Below, piece after piece: positions 33,720-43,957 of a stretch of DNA of 55,158 bases. Position numbers and translations under genes: made by a program. The stretch's first letter is position 1. Each line of letters starts with the position of its first letter. A model generated the notes under the pieces. The model was not told where the DNA came from. It was given only the letters and a program-made list of their open reading frames with translations, and did no database searches. This stretch comes from an uncultured Candidatus Kuenenia sp. GTDB taxonomy: Bacteria > Planctomycetota > Phycisphaerae > Sedimentisphaerales > CAMDDF01. Location: positions 1 to 55,158 of the forward strand of contig CAZITB010000001.1 in the NCBI GenBank assembly GCA_964542055.1. Direction: 5' to 3'.

Positions 33720-34283
33720 ATGAAGGAACTATTTACCACTGGTGAAGCGGCCGAAATCTGCAATATTAGTCAGCAGACAATAATTCGTTGTTTTGATTCA
33801 GGAAGATTGGACGGTTTCAGGATACCGGGTTCACGATTCAGGCGGATTCCGCGTGAAAGTTTGATTCAGTTCATGAAAGAAAACAAAATCCCGCTTGATA
33901 ATCTGGCAACAGGAAAAAAGAAGATCCTTATTGTTGATGATGATGCTGAAATTGTTGAACTTCTTAATGATGTTCTGATCCGTGACGGCAGATTCGATGT
34001 AGAAACCGCATCCAGCGGCTATGACGCAGGTATTCTTACTCAACAGTTCGAACCCGATCTGATTCTTCTTGATTACATGCTGCCGGACGTAAATGGTAAT
34101 ATAGTTTGCCAGACGATAAAGAAAAATCCTAAGTTTGCCAAAACGAAGGTTATTATTGTCAGCGGTGTTATTAACAGAAGCGAAATCGATGATCTTCTAA
34201 GTACAGGCGCAGAGGATTTTATTCAGAAACCATTTAATATATCTAACCTAATTGATAAGATTTCACAAACACTCAATGTTTAG
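33720..34283 (+). CDS. response regulator with N-terminal excisionase/MerR-type HTH and C-terminal REC
   Basis: HTH segment LFTTGEAAEICNISQQTIIRCFDSGRL...FRRIPRESL, then the receiver (ILIVDDD, LLDYMLPDVNG, QKPF). Confidence 0.8.
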   Translation: MKELFTTGEAAEICNISQQTIIRCFDSGRLDGFRIPGSRFRRIPRESLIQFMKENKIPLDNLATGKKKILIVDDDAEIVELLNDVLIRDGRFDVETASSGYDAGILTQQFEPDLILLDYMLPDVNGNIVCQTIKKNPKFAKTKVIIVSGVINRSEIDDLLSTGAEDFIQKPFNISNLIDKISQTLNV

Positions 34284-34302
34284 TCCAACGAGTGAGGAGT
34301 TG

Positions 34303-36528
34303 ATGAACCAAGAAACTAAAAATCAGACAACCAGCAGGAAAATTGAACTGGTAATCAGAAAGATTAATTCTTTATCAACATTGCCCTCGATTTTAGCGGA
34401 ACTGCTGGGCCTGGTTAAAGAAAATAGAGCCTTACATGATCAAATTGCGAAAATAGTGGAGTCCGATCCGGCACTGACCGCTAATATACTTTGCATCGCA
34501 AATGCCGGCAAGTCTAACAAAGCATCTAGCGTTTATAGTGCTGTTGAAAATCTGTCCAACGAAGAATTACGGCAAGCAGTAATGTCAACAAAAGTTCATC
34601 GCTGTTTATCTGAACCGTTAACTGATGAAAGAACAAAACGTAAAGAGCTGGTCAAGTTTTCGATAGCGGTGGCTTGTGCTTCAAAAGCAGTTGGATATAT
34701 CATTCTTGATGATCATCTCAAAGATTTTACTTTCACAGCAGGAATTTTGCACAACCTGGGGAAGTTGGCAATAGAAGAAACGATGCCAAAGAGCTATGAT
34801 AAGATCAATGAGGAGACTCAACTTCTTGGTGAAAGTGACTTGGTTATCGAACGTAAGTACCTGGGGATCGATAACACGATAATCGGCAAAAGGCTTGCTG
34901 ATAAATGGAAGTTGCCTGATGAGATTTCCAGTTCTATCTGGCTATGCAGAAGTGATATCGAGGCGATAATCACTGCCGTATCGAGCAATCATCCGGCAGT
35001 TGCGGTTGCTCTTGGATACTTGATCGCGAGAGATTCTCAAATTGGAGATTCGGGCAGTTACGAGCCTATTTTGTCGCCGGAATCGTTTGCTTATAATTTG
35101 AATATCACCAATGAGCAAATATCTGAAATCAAGAAGAATCTTTCCGAGCAGGTAAATGAGAGAGCTAATTTATTGAGGCTTGAGATTGAACAGCCTGAAA
35201 AAATTTATTCACAGGCTGTCTGGGAACTTGCAACTAATCTCGCGAAAGACAATTCCAGTTTATCAGAGCAAAATAATGAACTTACATCTAATTTAGGTAT
35301 CTGGGATTTCGCGAATAATTTTCTGCCGCAAGTTGGTGCAACTTCAACACCTTTGGAAGTCATCAGCAGCTTTGGGCAACATTGGCAAAGGTACTATCAA
35401 ACTGGACCGGTATGTATGTATCTTTGCAGAGATCAAAACCAGGACCTTATTGACGCTGTCACTTTTAACCACAATGGCCAGATCAATGTCGAACTTTTGA
35501 GTTTACCCGGTCAAGAGCAGCTGATACCAGATGCTATTAAAAACCAGTTTGAAGTTATTGATGCTGATGAGAAACTTTTTAAATGGGTTTACGATCAGAT
35601 AGAAGTAAAGATTAATTCTCAACGAGCCAAAGCAATACCTGTAATTTCTTCAGGCAAAACAGTTGCCGTTTTAGTATGGGAATACAGGTATTTGCCGCAA
35701 AATAATGAAATTTCTAAATTATTAAGCGGACCCGTAAATATCCTGGGGCCGGTGATTGAACTTTCCTATGCTTATGAAAATCAGCAGCGGATTGCTGAAG
35801 AGTTTGCTTCTTTGCTGGGAAGATTGGGCAGCATAAAAGAAAAGCTTTCCAAAACAGAGAATCTGGAAGGGCTTGCAGAAATGGCTGCCGGAGCGGCTCA
35901 CGAGCTGAATAACCCGATCACAATTGCAAGCGGAAGGCTGCAGATGGTGATTAATCAGGAAACAGATGAAAGTAAATCTCAATCGCTTAAACTTGTAAAT
36001 GAAAAAATCGAGGACATATCAAAAATAGTTTCAGACCTTATGGAATTTGCAGTTCCAAAAGAACCACAACCCCGAATGGTTAGTCCTGCGGTATTGATAG
36101 ATTCAGCCGTTGACTATGTAAGGCAAAGATTCGGTATAACCGATATCGAAACCAATATAAGTAACCTTGAGCCACTTCGTGACATTTACGTGGATTCTCA
36201 GCAGGTAAAAGAAGCGATAGCAAATGTAATTCGAAATGCATATGAATCGTATCATGATACCGGTAAATCGGTCAGTATATCAGGAGCAGAACAAAGCGAA
36301 ACTTTTGTAAGATTACAGATTTCAGACGAAGGTTGCGGAATGGATAGCCAGACGCTTATCAAAGCTCGTCAACCATTCTTTTCGGGCCAGCCTGCGGGAC
36401 GTAAACGCGGGATGGGGCTAGCTCATACCCAGAGGCTTTTGGCAGTCAACAACGGATCACTGCACATTGCAAGTCAGCCCGGCAAGGGAACCACAGTAAC
36501 GATTTTACTGCCTTGCGGTCAGAAATAA
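34303..36528 (+). CDS. HDOD-domain sensor histidine kinase
   Basis: HDOD-like N-terminus (LSTLPSILAELLGLV...SDPALTANIL...HNLGKL). C-terminal H-box AAHELNNPI and an HATPase (DEGCGM, GMGLA). Start set at the ATG with a GAGGAG RBS. Confidence 0.8.
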   Translation: MNQETKNQTTSRKIELVIRKINSLSTLPSILAELLGLVKENRALHDQIAKIVESDPALTANILCIANAGKSNKASSVYSAVENLSNEELRQAVMSTKVHRCLSEPLTDERTKRKELVKFSIAVACASKAVGYIILDDHLKDFTFTAGILHNLGKLAIEETMPKSYDKINEETQLLGESDLVIERKYLGIDNTIIGKRLADKWKLPDEISSSIWLCRSDIEAIITAVSSNHPAVAVALGYLIARDSQIGDSGSYEPILSPESFAYNLNITNEQISEIKKNLSEQVNERANLLRLEIEQPEKIYSQAVWELATNLAKDNSSLSEQNNELTSNLGIWDFANNFLPQVGATSTPLEVISSFGQHWQRYYQTGPVCMYLCRDQNQDLIDAVTFNHNGQINVELLSLPGQEQLIPDAIKNQFEVIDADEKLFKWVYDQIEVKINSQRAKAIPVISSGKTVAVLVWEYRYLPQNNEISKLLSGPVNILGPVIELSYAYENQQRIAEEFASLLGRLGSIKEKLSKTENLEGLAEMAAGAAHELNNPITIASGRLQMVINQETDESKSQSLKLVNEKIEDISKIVSDLMEFAVPKEPQPRMVSPAVLIDSAVDYVRQRFGITDIETNISNLEPLRDIYVDSQQVKEAIANVIRNAYESYHDTGKSVSISGAEQSETFVRLQISDEGCGMDSQTLIKARQPFFSGQPAGRKRGMGLAHTQRLLAVNNGSLHIASQPGKGTTVTILLPCGQK

Positions 36529-36604
36529 CTTTTAAATATTCTGATTAGGTAAATTGAGGAATTTCCTTATTTTGAAATTCTTAAATTTGGGCTAAAAATA
36601 GGGT

Positions 36605-36997
36605 ATGAAAAATGAAAGATTTTCCAAAGAAGAGATTGAAGAATTCAAACAGCAGTTGTTATCCAAAAGACATGAGCTTTTAGAAGATCGTAGCCAATTG
36701 GAAGATGAGGGTTTAAGTAAAACGTCCAAATCAGATAAGACCGGCGATATAACATCTGTTCATACACATATGGCTGATATGAGTGCTGACATGTTTCAGC
36801 AGGAAGTAGAACTTGGACGATTGGAACGTGAAGGCCAGGAGATCAGGGAAATAGACGCTGCTATCGAGAAAATTGAGAATGGCGAATTCGGTATTTGCGA
36901 GCTTAACGGTGAGGAAATTTCAAAAGAAAGACTCCATGCAATACCGTGGACAAGGTATTGCATAGAGTGTGAATCCAAACGTGAAAAAAGCATCTAA
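36605..36997 (+). CDS. DksA/TraR-family protein with degenerate zinc finger
   Basis: Coiled-coil N-terminus. The C-terminal GICELNGEEIS...RYCIEC shows three of the four canonical Cys, since CxxC reads CELN. Confidence 0.7.
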   Translation: MKNERFSKEEIEEFKQQLLSKRHELLEDRSQLEDEGLSKTSKSDKTGDITSVHTHMADMSADMFQQEVELGRLEREGQEIREIDAAIEKIENGEFGICELNGEEISKERLHAIPWTRYCIECESKREKSI

Positions 36998-37585
36998 CTA
37001 CTTGCTTCCGTGACCTCCAGCACCAGGTTTAAACACAATTTCTACTGAGGTGGCCTGTAGGCCTTTGTCCCCTTGTTCAGCGGTAAATCGAACACCAGTG
37101 CCAACTTCCATCCTTTCATAATCATGATGCAGAACGCTGTTTTTGTGAAAGTAAATATCTTCCTGGCTTTCAACCGTTTTGATAAAACCATAACCATCAT
37201 CTTTTGAGACACTATGTACGATTCCCATTACCTGCTGATGTGGATGGGTCTTTACCTCGCCATGAAGACGCCGATTAAGTTCTTTAAGCTGTCTTTCGGC
37301 GGCATGAAATGTTCTATTTATAACTGTTAAAAGATTATCGTGAATTCCGCCCTGGCTGGCAGATTCTTTAGCTATAATCTCATGTGAGGGTGGAACAGTT
37401 ATGTATATACGTACCCTGTAAGGGTTGGCAGTATCGGGATACTTTTGAGGACGTTCCACAATGACGCGACAGCTAATCATGTAATTACAAAATTTCTCGA
37501 GTTTTGCAATTTTATCCCTGATAATCTGTTCATATTCAGGCGATTTATTAATATCTTTAAAAGTGATTTCTACAGTTCCCTGCAT
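36998..37585 (-). CDS. HPF/RaiA-like ribosome-associated domain fused to a cold-shock domain
   Basis: The N-terminal ~105 aa resemble the S30EA/HPF fold. The C-terminus GIVHSVSKDDGYGFIKT...IYFHKNSV is a CSD with RNP1-like GYGFI. Confidence 0.7.
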   Translation of the reverse strand: MQGTVEITFKDINKSPEYEQIIRDKIAKLEKFCNYMISCRVIVERPQKYPDTANPYRVRIYITVPPSHEIIAKESASQGGIHDNLLTVINRTFHAAERQLKELNRRLHGEVKTHPHQQVMGIVHSVSKDDGYGFIKTVESQEDIYFHKNSVLHHDYERMEVGTGVRFTAEQGDKGLQATSVEIVFKPGAGGHGSK

Positions 37586-37663
37586 GATAATCTCCTATTT
37601 TAATTATAAAATGCTGTACATCAGCTTCGAAGATAAAACTGTCTATATCAATACCAGTTAAAA

Positions 37664-38083
37664 CTATGGAATCAGCTCACGAATCTCCGGGGGCAAATTG
37701 TTTTTTACATCCTCTATCTGACCGTGAGACATTCTATTTTCAAGGACATTGAAAACTGACTTAATAGCTTCTTCCGGTGAATATCTTCCCATAAATCTGT
37801 CAGAAACTTTGGCAAGGAATTCTTCTCTGCTTCGAATTTTCTCAGGCTTACCTGCAGGTGTCCATTCATGGTAATAAAGCCCTTGCAGAAGCATTGGAAG
37901 CTGTGCTGCAAAATCAGCGGCTTCATTTACTGTCAACCTGTCACGAATGGTGTGCAAAACTGCCCTTGTAACTTCTACGGCCTGTTCCTGATCATCAAGT
38001 GACATTTCATTTTTTATGTCTTCAAGCCATTCTTTAGTTGTTATGATCGAACTGTCGAATGTTCTAATTCCAATAGTAGTCAT
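37664..38083 (-). CDS. DUF2267-family protein
   Basis: 139 aa with the characteristic AVLHTIRDRLTVNEAADFAAQLP pattern. Confidence 0.6.
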   Translation of the reverse strand: MTTIGIRTFDSSIITTKEWLEDIKNEMSLDDQEQAVEVTRAVLHTIRDRLTVNEAADFAAQLPMLLQGLYYHEWTPAGKPEKIRSREEFLAKVSDRFMGRYSPEEAIKSVFNVLENRMSHGQIEDVKNNLPPEIRELIP

Positions 38084-38109
38084 AATAGTCTCCTAAATAA
38101 AAGAATATA

Positions 38110-39180
38110 TTATTTTTCGAATTCAATTAACGGTTTGATTATATTATCTTCTTTTGTTTCCATCATCTTAAAAGCTTTTTCAATATCATCAAATTTGAAA
38201 GTATGAGTTGTCATCAATGTTGGATCCACTCGTTTATATTCTATTAAACGGAGCAATCGCTGCATTCGCTCTCTACCACCCGGACAAAGAGCAGTTTTGA
38301 TCGTTTTATCACTCATTCCGACACCCCATTCCAGTCGGGGTATATTTACATATTCACCTTTTCCATGATAACCTATATTTGAAATGGTACCTCCCGGTTT
38401 TGTGACTTTTATACAACTTTCAAACGTTAGATTTGAACCCAACGATTCTATTGCAGAATCAACTCCTTTGCCGTCTGTTAGTTCCAGAATTGTTTTTACA
38501 GCATCTGCTTGTTTAAAATCAACGACAATGTCCGCTCCATAATGTTTTGCTAACTCTTTTCTGTTTGGTACTGATTCGACAGCAATTACAAAACCCGCAC
38601 CCAGAAGGCGAGAACCGACTGTTGCCATAAGCCCAACAGGGCCCTGTGCGAAAATCGCAACTGTTCCTCCTATCGGAATATCTGCATGTTCAGCGCCTAC
38701 GAATCCGGTTGACAACATATCGGCAGTATAGACTGCTGCATGATCGTCAATAGTATCGGGTATCGGCGTCAGGTTAGCATCAGCAGCATTGACATGGAAA
38801 AATTCCGCGAATACGCCATCTTTTATATTCGCAAATTTCCAACCTCCGAGCATATTATCACATTGAGATGTATATCCACGCAGACAGTTATCACAATGAA
38901 AACATGGAGTAATTGCGTTTACTGCAACTCGCTGACCTTCTTCGATATTTTTAACATTTGAGCCCAGTTTGTAAACAGTTCCTACCGCTTCATGACCCAA
39001 AGTTAAATTATGTCTTTCGCCAATACCACCGTTAACGGTATGTACATCAGAAGTGCAAATTAGGGCCTTGGTTGTTTTGATAATCGCATCATTTGGCCCT
39101 GGATCTTGAGGAAGAGGTTTTTCCATCAATCCAATTTGTCCGATTTCCTTCATTACGAAACATTTCATCATTTTCGTCAT
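38110..39180 (-). CDS. adh: NADP-dependent zinc alcohol dehydrogenase (secondary-alcohol/isopropanol dehydrogenase type)
   Basis: Close colinear resemblance to Thermoanaerobacter/Clostridium secondary ADHs (GHEAVG, GWKFANIKDGVFAEFFHVN, LCPGGRERM). Confidence 0.85.
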   Translation of the reverse strand: MTKMMKCFVMKEIGQIGLMEKPLPQDPGPNDAIIKTTKALICTSDVHTVNGGIGERHNLTLGHEAVGTVYKLGSNVKNIEEGQRVAVNAITPCFHCDNCLRGYTSQCDNMLGGWKFANIKDGVFAEFFHVNAADANLTPIPDTIDDHAAVYTADMLSTGFVGAEHADIPIGGTVAIFAQGPVGLMATVGSRLLGAGFVIAVESVPNRKELAKHYGADIVVDFKQADAVKTILELTDGKGVDSAIESLGSNLTFESCIKVTKPGGTISNIGYHGKGEYVNIPRLEWGVGMSDKTIKTALCPGGRERMQRLLRLIEYKRVDPTLMTTHTFKFDDIEKAFKMMETKEDNIIKPLIEFEK

Positions 39181-39336
39181 TTTTCAATTCCTTTCATTTT
39201 TTTAAGTCTGATTTTCACAATCGCTCCAAAAATACATTATATTCCAAATTATAAGATCGGGTGATGAATTTTAATAAGAGATTTACTTAGTAAACGGTAG
39301 CGATTTGTTTAGAGGGGACTAAATTAGAGAGAAAAG

Positions 39337-39410
<74 letters not shown>

Positions 39411-39428
39411 AAGTATATGCAGGCGGGT

Positions 39429-39457
39429 ATTATATTGTTTATAACAGCGACTGTCTA
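39429..39457 (-). promoter_or_regulatory. candidate promoter of tRNA-Arg (TAGACA - 17 nt - TATAAT on the minus strand)
   Basis: Consensus -10 lies 18 nt upstream of the mature 5' end, with a 5/6 -35 match at 17-nt spacing. Confidence 0.45.
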
Positions 39458-39589
39458 TAATTTTTGGGTACAATCAGCAGAAAAATCGTAAAAAATGAGT
39501 TTTTTGCCGAAATTGGCTTGCAAAGAAGACCATATTTTACAAAAACTTAAACTTCAACGAACTTTCGGACTAGTACGACAATGGTAAAA

Positions 39590-41422
39590 TTAATGAAATA
39601 ATTCTGAATGCTGATCACCATTTCCGCTGGACAGCAAGTGCAAGCGACGGAATAAGCCTTCAGTTTGTGCAAGTTGGTCGTAATTACCGTCCTGAAGTAT
39701 TTTACCGTCCCCTATAACTAAAATCCTGTCGGCTCGTCGGATGGTACTTAGTCTATGAGCAATAATGAACACGGTACGATCTTTGAATAAATTATCAAAG
39801 GCTTGCTGAATAGCGTGTTCCGATTCAAGATCTAAAGCAGATGTCGGCTCATCAAGTATCACGAATTTCGTTTCAGTTAAAAGAGCCCTTGCTATGGCAA
39901 GTCTTTGTCTCTGGCCGCCTGAAAGTGAGCCTCCGCCTTCGCCGACTACATTATCGATGCCTTCAGGCAGCTGCTTTACAAAATCCCATGCGTTTGCTCG
40001 TTTAAGGGCACTGATAATTTCTTGTTCAGTAACCGAAGGATTTGCGTATTTCATATTATCCCGAATGGTTTCGTTGAATAGATAAGGATCCTGCAGGACA
40101 ACACCATAAAGTGAGCGGTATGGGCGGATAGGTAAATGGCGGATATCATTGCCATCCAAAAGCAATTGGCCCTGATCAGGATCGTAAAATCTCAGCAACA
40201 GATTGGTTATTGTTGTTTTGCCCCCACCGCTAGTTCCGACTAAAGCAATATTTTGGCCGGCGGGTATATTAAGGTTAAGATTTTTTAAGATCGGCTTATC
40301 CGGCTCGTATCCAAAGGTCACGTTGCGGAATTCAATATTTCCGGTAATTTTTTCCGGCATTTTAGAATTCGCTTTCTCGGGGGTATCACTGGTCATGCCA
40401 AGAATGGTAAAAAGCTGGTCTAATCCTGCACGGGTGCCGCTGACACTTCCATATATATTGGCTAGAGTTGAAACTATTGTAGTGAAAGTCGCTTGATAGC
40501 CTATAAATGCTACCAGGTCACCTAAACTCAAATCCAGATTGAAAATAGAATAAGAACCAACAATCATTATCGATGAAGTAACAATATAACCACAACCTTC
40601 TGTTGTTATGGAAAGCTTAAAAGCCTCTTTTGCGGCCTGAAGAGATTTTAACTGAGTTGACCATAGCCGGTTTTCAAAATCATTCTGGACACGGTCTTCC
40701 ATTGCAAAAGCCTGAATTGTTTTCGTTCCGCGAAGGCGATCGACTATAAAATCTGTTATTTGATTTTGAGCTTCCTGATTTATCCTTGTTTTTCGGTAGA
40801 TTCGAGGTGAAGAAAACCGGGCGATGGCTACATAGGCCAAACTGCCCAGCAAAACCACAACTGTCATCAGCGGACTCAGGAAAAAGCAAGAAATCAGACT
40901 AATAGTAATTGCTGTTATATAAAGAGAGAGCTGTTTGAATACAGTCTGCATACAACTGCCGACGGTATTTATGGCGGTTCCGAAAATACTCTGATATAGA
41001 AAACCAGAAGGGTATTTACTATGGAATTTCAGCGAAAGTCTTTGTAGATGACCGAACCCTTTTGTTCGCAAAGAATATGTTATCTTTTCCTGGGTAAGCA
41101 ATATCTGTCTCATCGCAAGATACCAGATGGAAATTCTTATGATATGCAGTAAAAGAAAGCCACCAGCGATCATTATCGCTAGTTTCATATTTTCATTAGG
41201 TATTGCCTCATCGATCAGAAACTTGCTGAATAGCGGCATAAGCCCGTAAATCCCCCCTGCTATTGCTATGAGAAAGCAACCTATCCCTAAACGCCATTTT
41301 AAAGGCTTTATGATCTGCCAAAGTTTTTTGCCAAGCACTTTCAAAGAATGCTGTTTGACATCTAACCTGGGGAAAAAATCGTCGTCGCTTTTCCGTTTTC
41401 CGTTTTTCATATCAATTGCCAA
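39590..41422 (-). CDS. ABC exporter, fused permease/ATPase (MsbA-like type I exporter)
   Basis: Six N-terminal TM segments. Walker A GTSGGGKTT, signature LSGGQRQR and Walker B FVILDEPTSALD. Confidence 0.85.
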   Translation of the reverse strand: MAIDMKNGKRKSDDDFFPRLDVKQHSLKVLGKKLWQIIKPLKWRLGIGCFLIAIAGGIYGLMPLFSKFLIDEAIPNENMKLAIMIAGGFLLLHIIRISIWYLAMRQILLTQEKITYSLRTKGFGHLQRLSLKFHSKYPSGFLYQSIFGTAINTVGSCMQTVFKQLSLYITAITISLISCFFLSPLMTVVVLLGSLAYVAIARFSSPRIYRKTRINQEAQNQITDFIVDRLRGTKTIQAFAMEDRVQNDFENRLWSTQLKSLQAAKEAFKLSITTEGCGYIVTSSIMIVGSYSIFNLDLSLGDLVAFIGYQATFTTIVSTLANIYGSVSGTRAGLDQLFTILGMTSDTPEKANSKMPEKITGNIEFRNVTFGYEPDKPILKNLNLNIPAGQNIALVGTSGGGKTTITNLLLRFYDPDQGQLLLDGNDIRHLPIRPYRSLYGVVLQDPYLFNETIRDNMKYANPSVTEQEIISALKRANAWDFVKQLPEGIDNVVGEGGGSLSGGQRQRLAIARALLTETKFVILDEPTSALDLESEHAIQQAFDNLFKDRTVFIIAHRLSTIRRADRILVIGDGKILQDGNYDQLAQTEGLFRRLHLLSSGNGDQHSELFH

Positions 41423-41424
41423 AT

Positions 41425-42159
41425 CTATTCATTTTTAGGCATCCATCCTAAGATTTGTTTTACACGGTCGTTAGGAAAATGTCTGCCTTGCATGTCTCCG
41501 CTTGCCTGGAAAAGATGGAACCCTGGTTTGTAAAATTTTACTGCCGCTGTAAAAAGGTTTTGTGTATCTTTGGGGCCGGTCGCATAGTAGTTTCGTTGTT
41601 TGTTGGGATCATATTTGAAGTTGGGCCAATCCTGGTCATTTTTGGGCTGAATAAGACGGATAGCTGTAACACACGATGTTTGATGATTCTGGGCTGCACA
41701 GCTGCAAACAAACTCCCCGGTACGTTTACTTAATCCATAAGGTATCCAGGAATCGGCTTGTACATTTTCATCTATGACAGAATCTCTACATAGTCCACTA
41801 TAGACACTTAGAGTACTGGCATATATAAATCGGTTTGCCCCGGCAGCCAAAGAGGCATAAAGGAACTTATACAAACCACAGACATTTACATTGAATGCGG
41901 CATTTATATCATTCACATCTGGGCAACCCTGGTTAGTAGGTGGATTTTTACCTACTCCCATTGCAAGGTAAACAACCGCGTCAATATTTTCTGCTGCCTG
42001 TCGAACCTTGTCATCGTCAGCAACATCTGCTATTATAGTACGATTTTCATAACCTTTTACTGGTTTGATATCGAAATATCTGCATTCAAATTGCTTTTCT
42101 AAAACGGGAATAATGATGGAACCCAAGTACCCCGCGCCGCCAACTACCAAAATCTTCAT
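41425..42159 (-). CDS. NAD-dependent epimerase/dehydratase (extended SDR) family protein
   Basis: VVGGAGYLGS Rossmann motif and the YGLSK catalytic motif. 244 aa. Confidence 0.7.
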   Translation of the reverse strand: MKILVVGGAGYLGSIIIPVLEKQFECRYFDIKPVKGYENRTIIADVADDDKVRQAAENIDAVVYLAMGVGKNPPTNQGCPDVNDINAAFNVNVCGLYKFLYASLAAGANRFIYASTLSVYSGLCRDSVIDENVQADSWIPYGLSKRTGEFVCSCAAQNHQTSCVTAIRLIQPKNDQDWPNFKYDPNKQRNYYATGPKDTQNLFTAAVKFYKPGFHLFQASGDMQGRHFPNDRVKQILGWMPKNE

Positions 42160-42286
42160 TTTACCGCACTTAAAATAATTTAGTAATTCTCAAATAGCCG
42201 CTCAATTTAAAAGTAAAACATGTTATAATATTAACTTGCTTAGAATCAAATACAACTCCAAAATTAAAAGATTTTCTAAAAAAAAT

Positions 42287-43465
42287 CTATTTGAAATTGG
42301 CTGCTGAACTAATCAGGTTGCAGAATTTGAGGCACGCTGGAGAGGGAATGGTGATGGAATTTTGACTTTGATCTAATCTGCCGGTTTCTTCGTCTATCCT
42401 AAAAATACTAACAGAGTCAGAACGTTCATTAGCAGTAAGCAGCCATTTTCCAGTCGGGTCGATGCCAAAATGACGCGGCCATTTACCTCCGCATGGCTGA
42501 ATTTCAATCAGTTTCAATATTCCACTGTCCAAATCGAGTCCAAAAACAGCTATGCTGTCATGTCCGCGATTAGCTGCATAAAGAAACTTGCCGGATGGAT
42601 GTACCTGGATTTCAGATGCATAACTTTGAGAAGTGTAATCCGACGGCAAAGTAGAAACTGTTCCAGTTTCGGTAAGCTGGCCTTCTGCATAGTTAAATGA
42701 GGTGATAGTGTTGTTAAGTTCGTTTATCAAATAAGCATACCTTCCGGATGGATCAAATGTAAAGTGCCTTGGACCGGAACCTGGCGATATTGGTACATAT
42801 GGTATTTTACCCGGATCGACTGTGCCGTTTACAGGATCGAAACTGTACTGAAAAAGTTTATCCTGACCCAGATCAGCAACAATAATATAATTGTTTTGCT
42901 GATCGAAATTTGCAGAGTGAATATGCGGACCTCTTTGACGATTGGGATCAATGCCTGACCCTTTATGCTGGATTACCTTTATCGCTTCTGACAAATCACC
43001 ATCTTTTTCAATAGAGAAAACAGCCATATTGCCCGAGGAATAATTGGAAACAACTGCATATTTGCCGGTGTTGTCTATCGCAATATGGCAGGGAGTTTGG
43101 CCGCAGGATGAAACCTTATTGATTAAGGAAAGACTGCACGTTTGTCTGTCTATGGAAAAGACACTTACTAACCCCTCTGGACCGCCGCCGCCTACAGCAA
43201 AGAGATACCGGCTATCGGAGTCGATGGCAATAAAATTCGGATTAGGCGATTCGATTGCTAATTGTAATTCACTGAATCGGCCATTTGCAGGATCGAACCT
43301 GCAATAATAAATACCTCCATTACTAGTGCCGAAATATAAAGCCGCTTCGCGGCCAATTGCAGGAGCTTTACCGCCAAAAATGGTTTGATAGAAAATAAAT
43401 ACCACAATTGAAACACTTACTATCGTAAAGCCAATTGCTAAATAGCTTTTAGTTTCATCTGTCAT
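42287..43465 (-). CDS. membrane-anchored 7-bladed beta-propeller lactonase family protein (6-phosphogluconolactonase-like)
   Basis: N-terminal TM segment followed by repeated blade motifs (GPRHFTFDPSGRYAY, PRHFGIDPTGKWLL, HIAIDNTGKYAVV). Confidence 0.75.
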   Translation of the reverse strand: MTDETKSYLAIGFTIVSVSIVVFIFYQTIFGGKAPAIGREAALYFGTSNGGIYYCRFDPANGRFSELQLAIESPNPNFIAIDSDSRYLFAVGGGGPEGLVSVFSIDRQTCSLSLINKVSSCGQTPCHIAIDNTGKYAVVSNYSSGNMAVFSIEKDGDLSEAIKVIQHKGSGIDPNRQRGPHIHSANFDQQNNYIIVADLGQDKLFQYSFDPVNGTVDPGKIPYVPISPGSGPRHFTFDPSGRYAYLINELNNTITSFNYAEGQLTETGTVSTLPSDYTSQSYASEIQVHPSGKFLYAANRGHDSIAVFGLDLDSGILKLIEIQPCGGKWPRHFGIDPTGKWLLTANERSDSVSIFRIDEETGRLDQSQNSITIPSPACLKFCNLISSAANFK

Positions 43466-43957
43466 TTGAATTCCGTTCCCTTTTTCAAGTTTCCTTGGGG
43501 ACCGACATAGCGATCAGACCCCAATAAAGTTACAAATGAAGCAAATTGATTTACATAATTATACATCAGCATGTTTTCATAATAAACTATAAATAAAGAA
43601 ATTACAACTAAATGTTGCATAATCACTCTGAGCCAGATTCAATACTAAATATTACATGAACTGTAATTATTGGAAATCAGCGGAGAATAGATTGACAAAG
43701 TTGAAGCGTTGATTACTAATAGACCAGGCATCGGGCACCCCATGAAGCGTCTTTTCTGGATTTTGAAGTAAAATTTTCGGCTTAGATATCGAATTTTTTC
43801 TGTGAACGGTTACGAAGATTTTACCTTTAATTTTCTTGCAATACTGGCCGGGATTCAAAATTCCATTAATTTTAGCTTTGCTGCGAAACTTGGGTTAAGA
43901 CCATTTTTATTGTATAATCACGCGATTAGCAGGGTAACATGATCCGGATGATGAAAT

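Noticed and set aside
34252-34302. Upstream start of the HDOD kinase ORF
   Set aside because: It overlaps the response-regulator 3' end and has no RBS. The ATG at 34303 has a GAGGAG RBS at the correct spacing.
39214-39220. Rex operator upstream of the NADP-alcohol dehydrogenase
   Set aside because: Only a single TTCACAA half-site is present. The partner half (AAGTCTG) does not match, so no site was called.
43667-43858. 63-aa minus-strand ORF in the 490-bp gap
   Set aside because: It has no RBS, no recognisable motif and a Lys/Asn-rich composition typical of AT-rich noncoding DNA. It might be a gene remnant, but this is unsupported.
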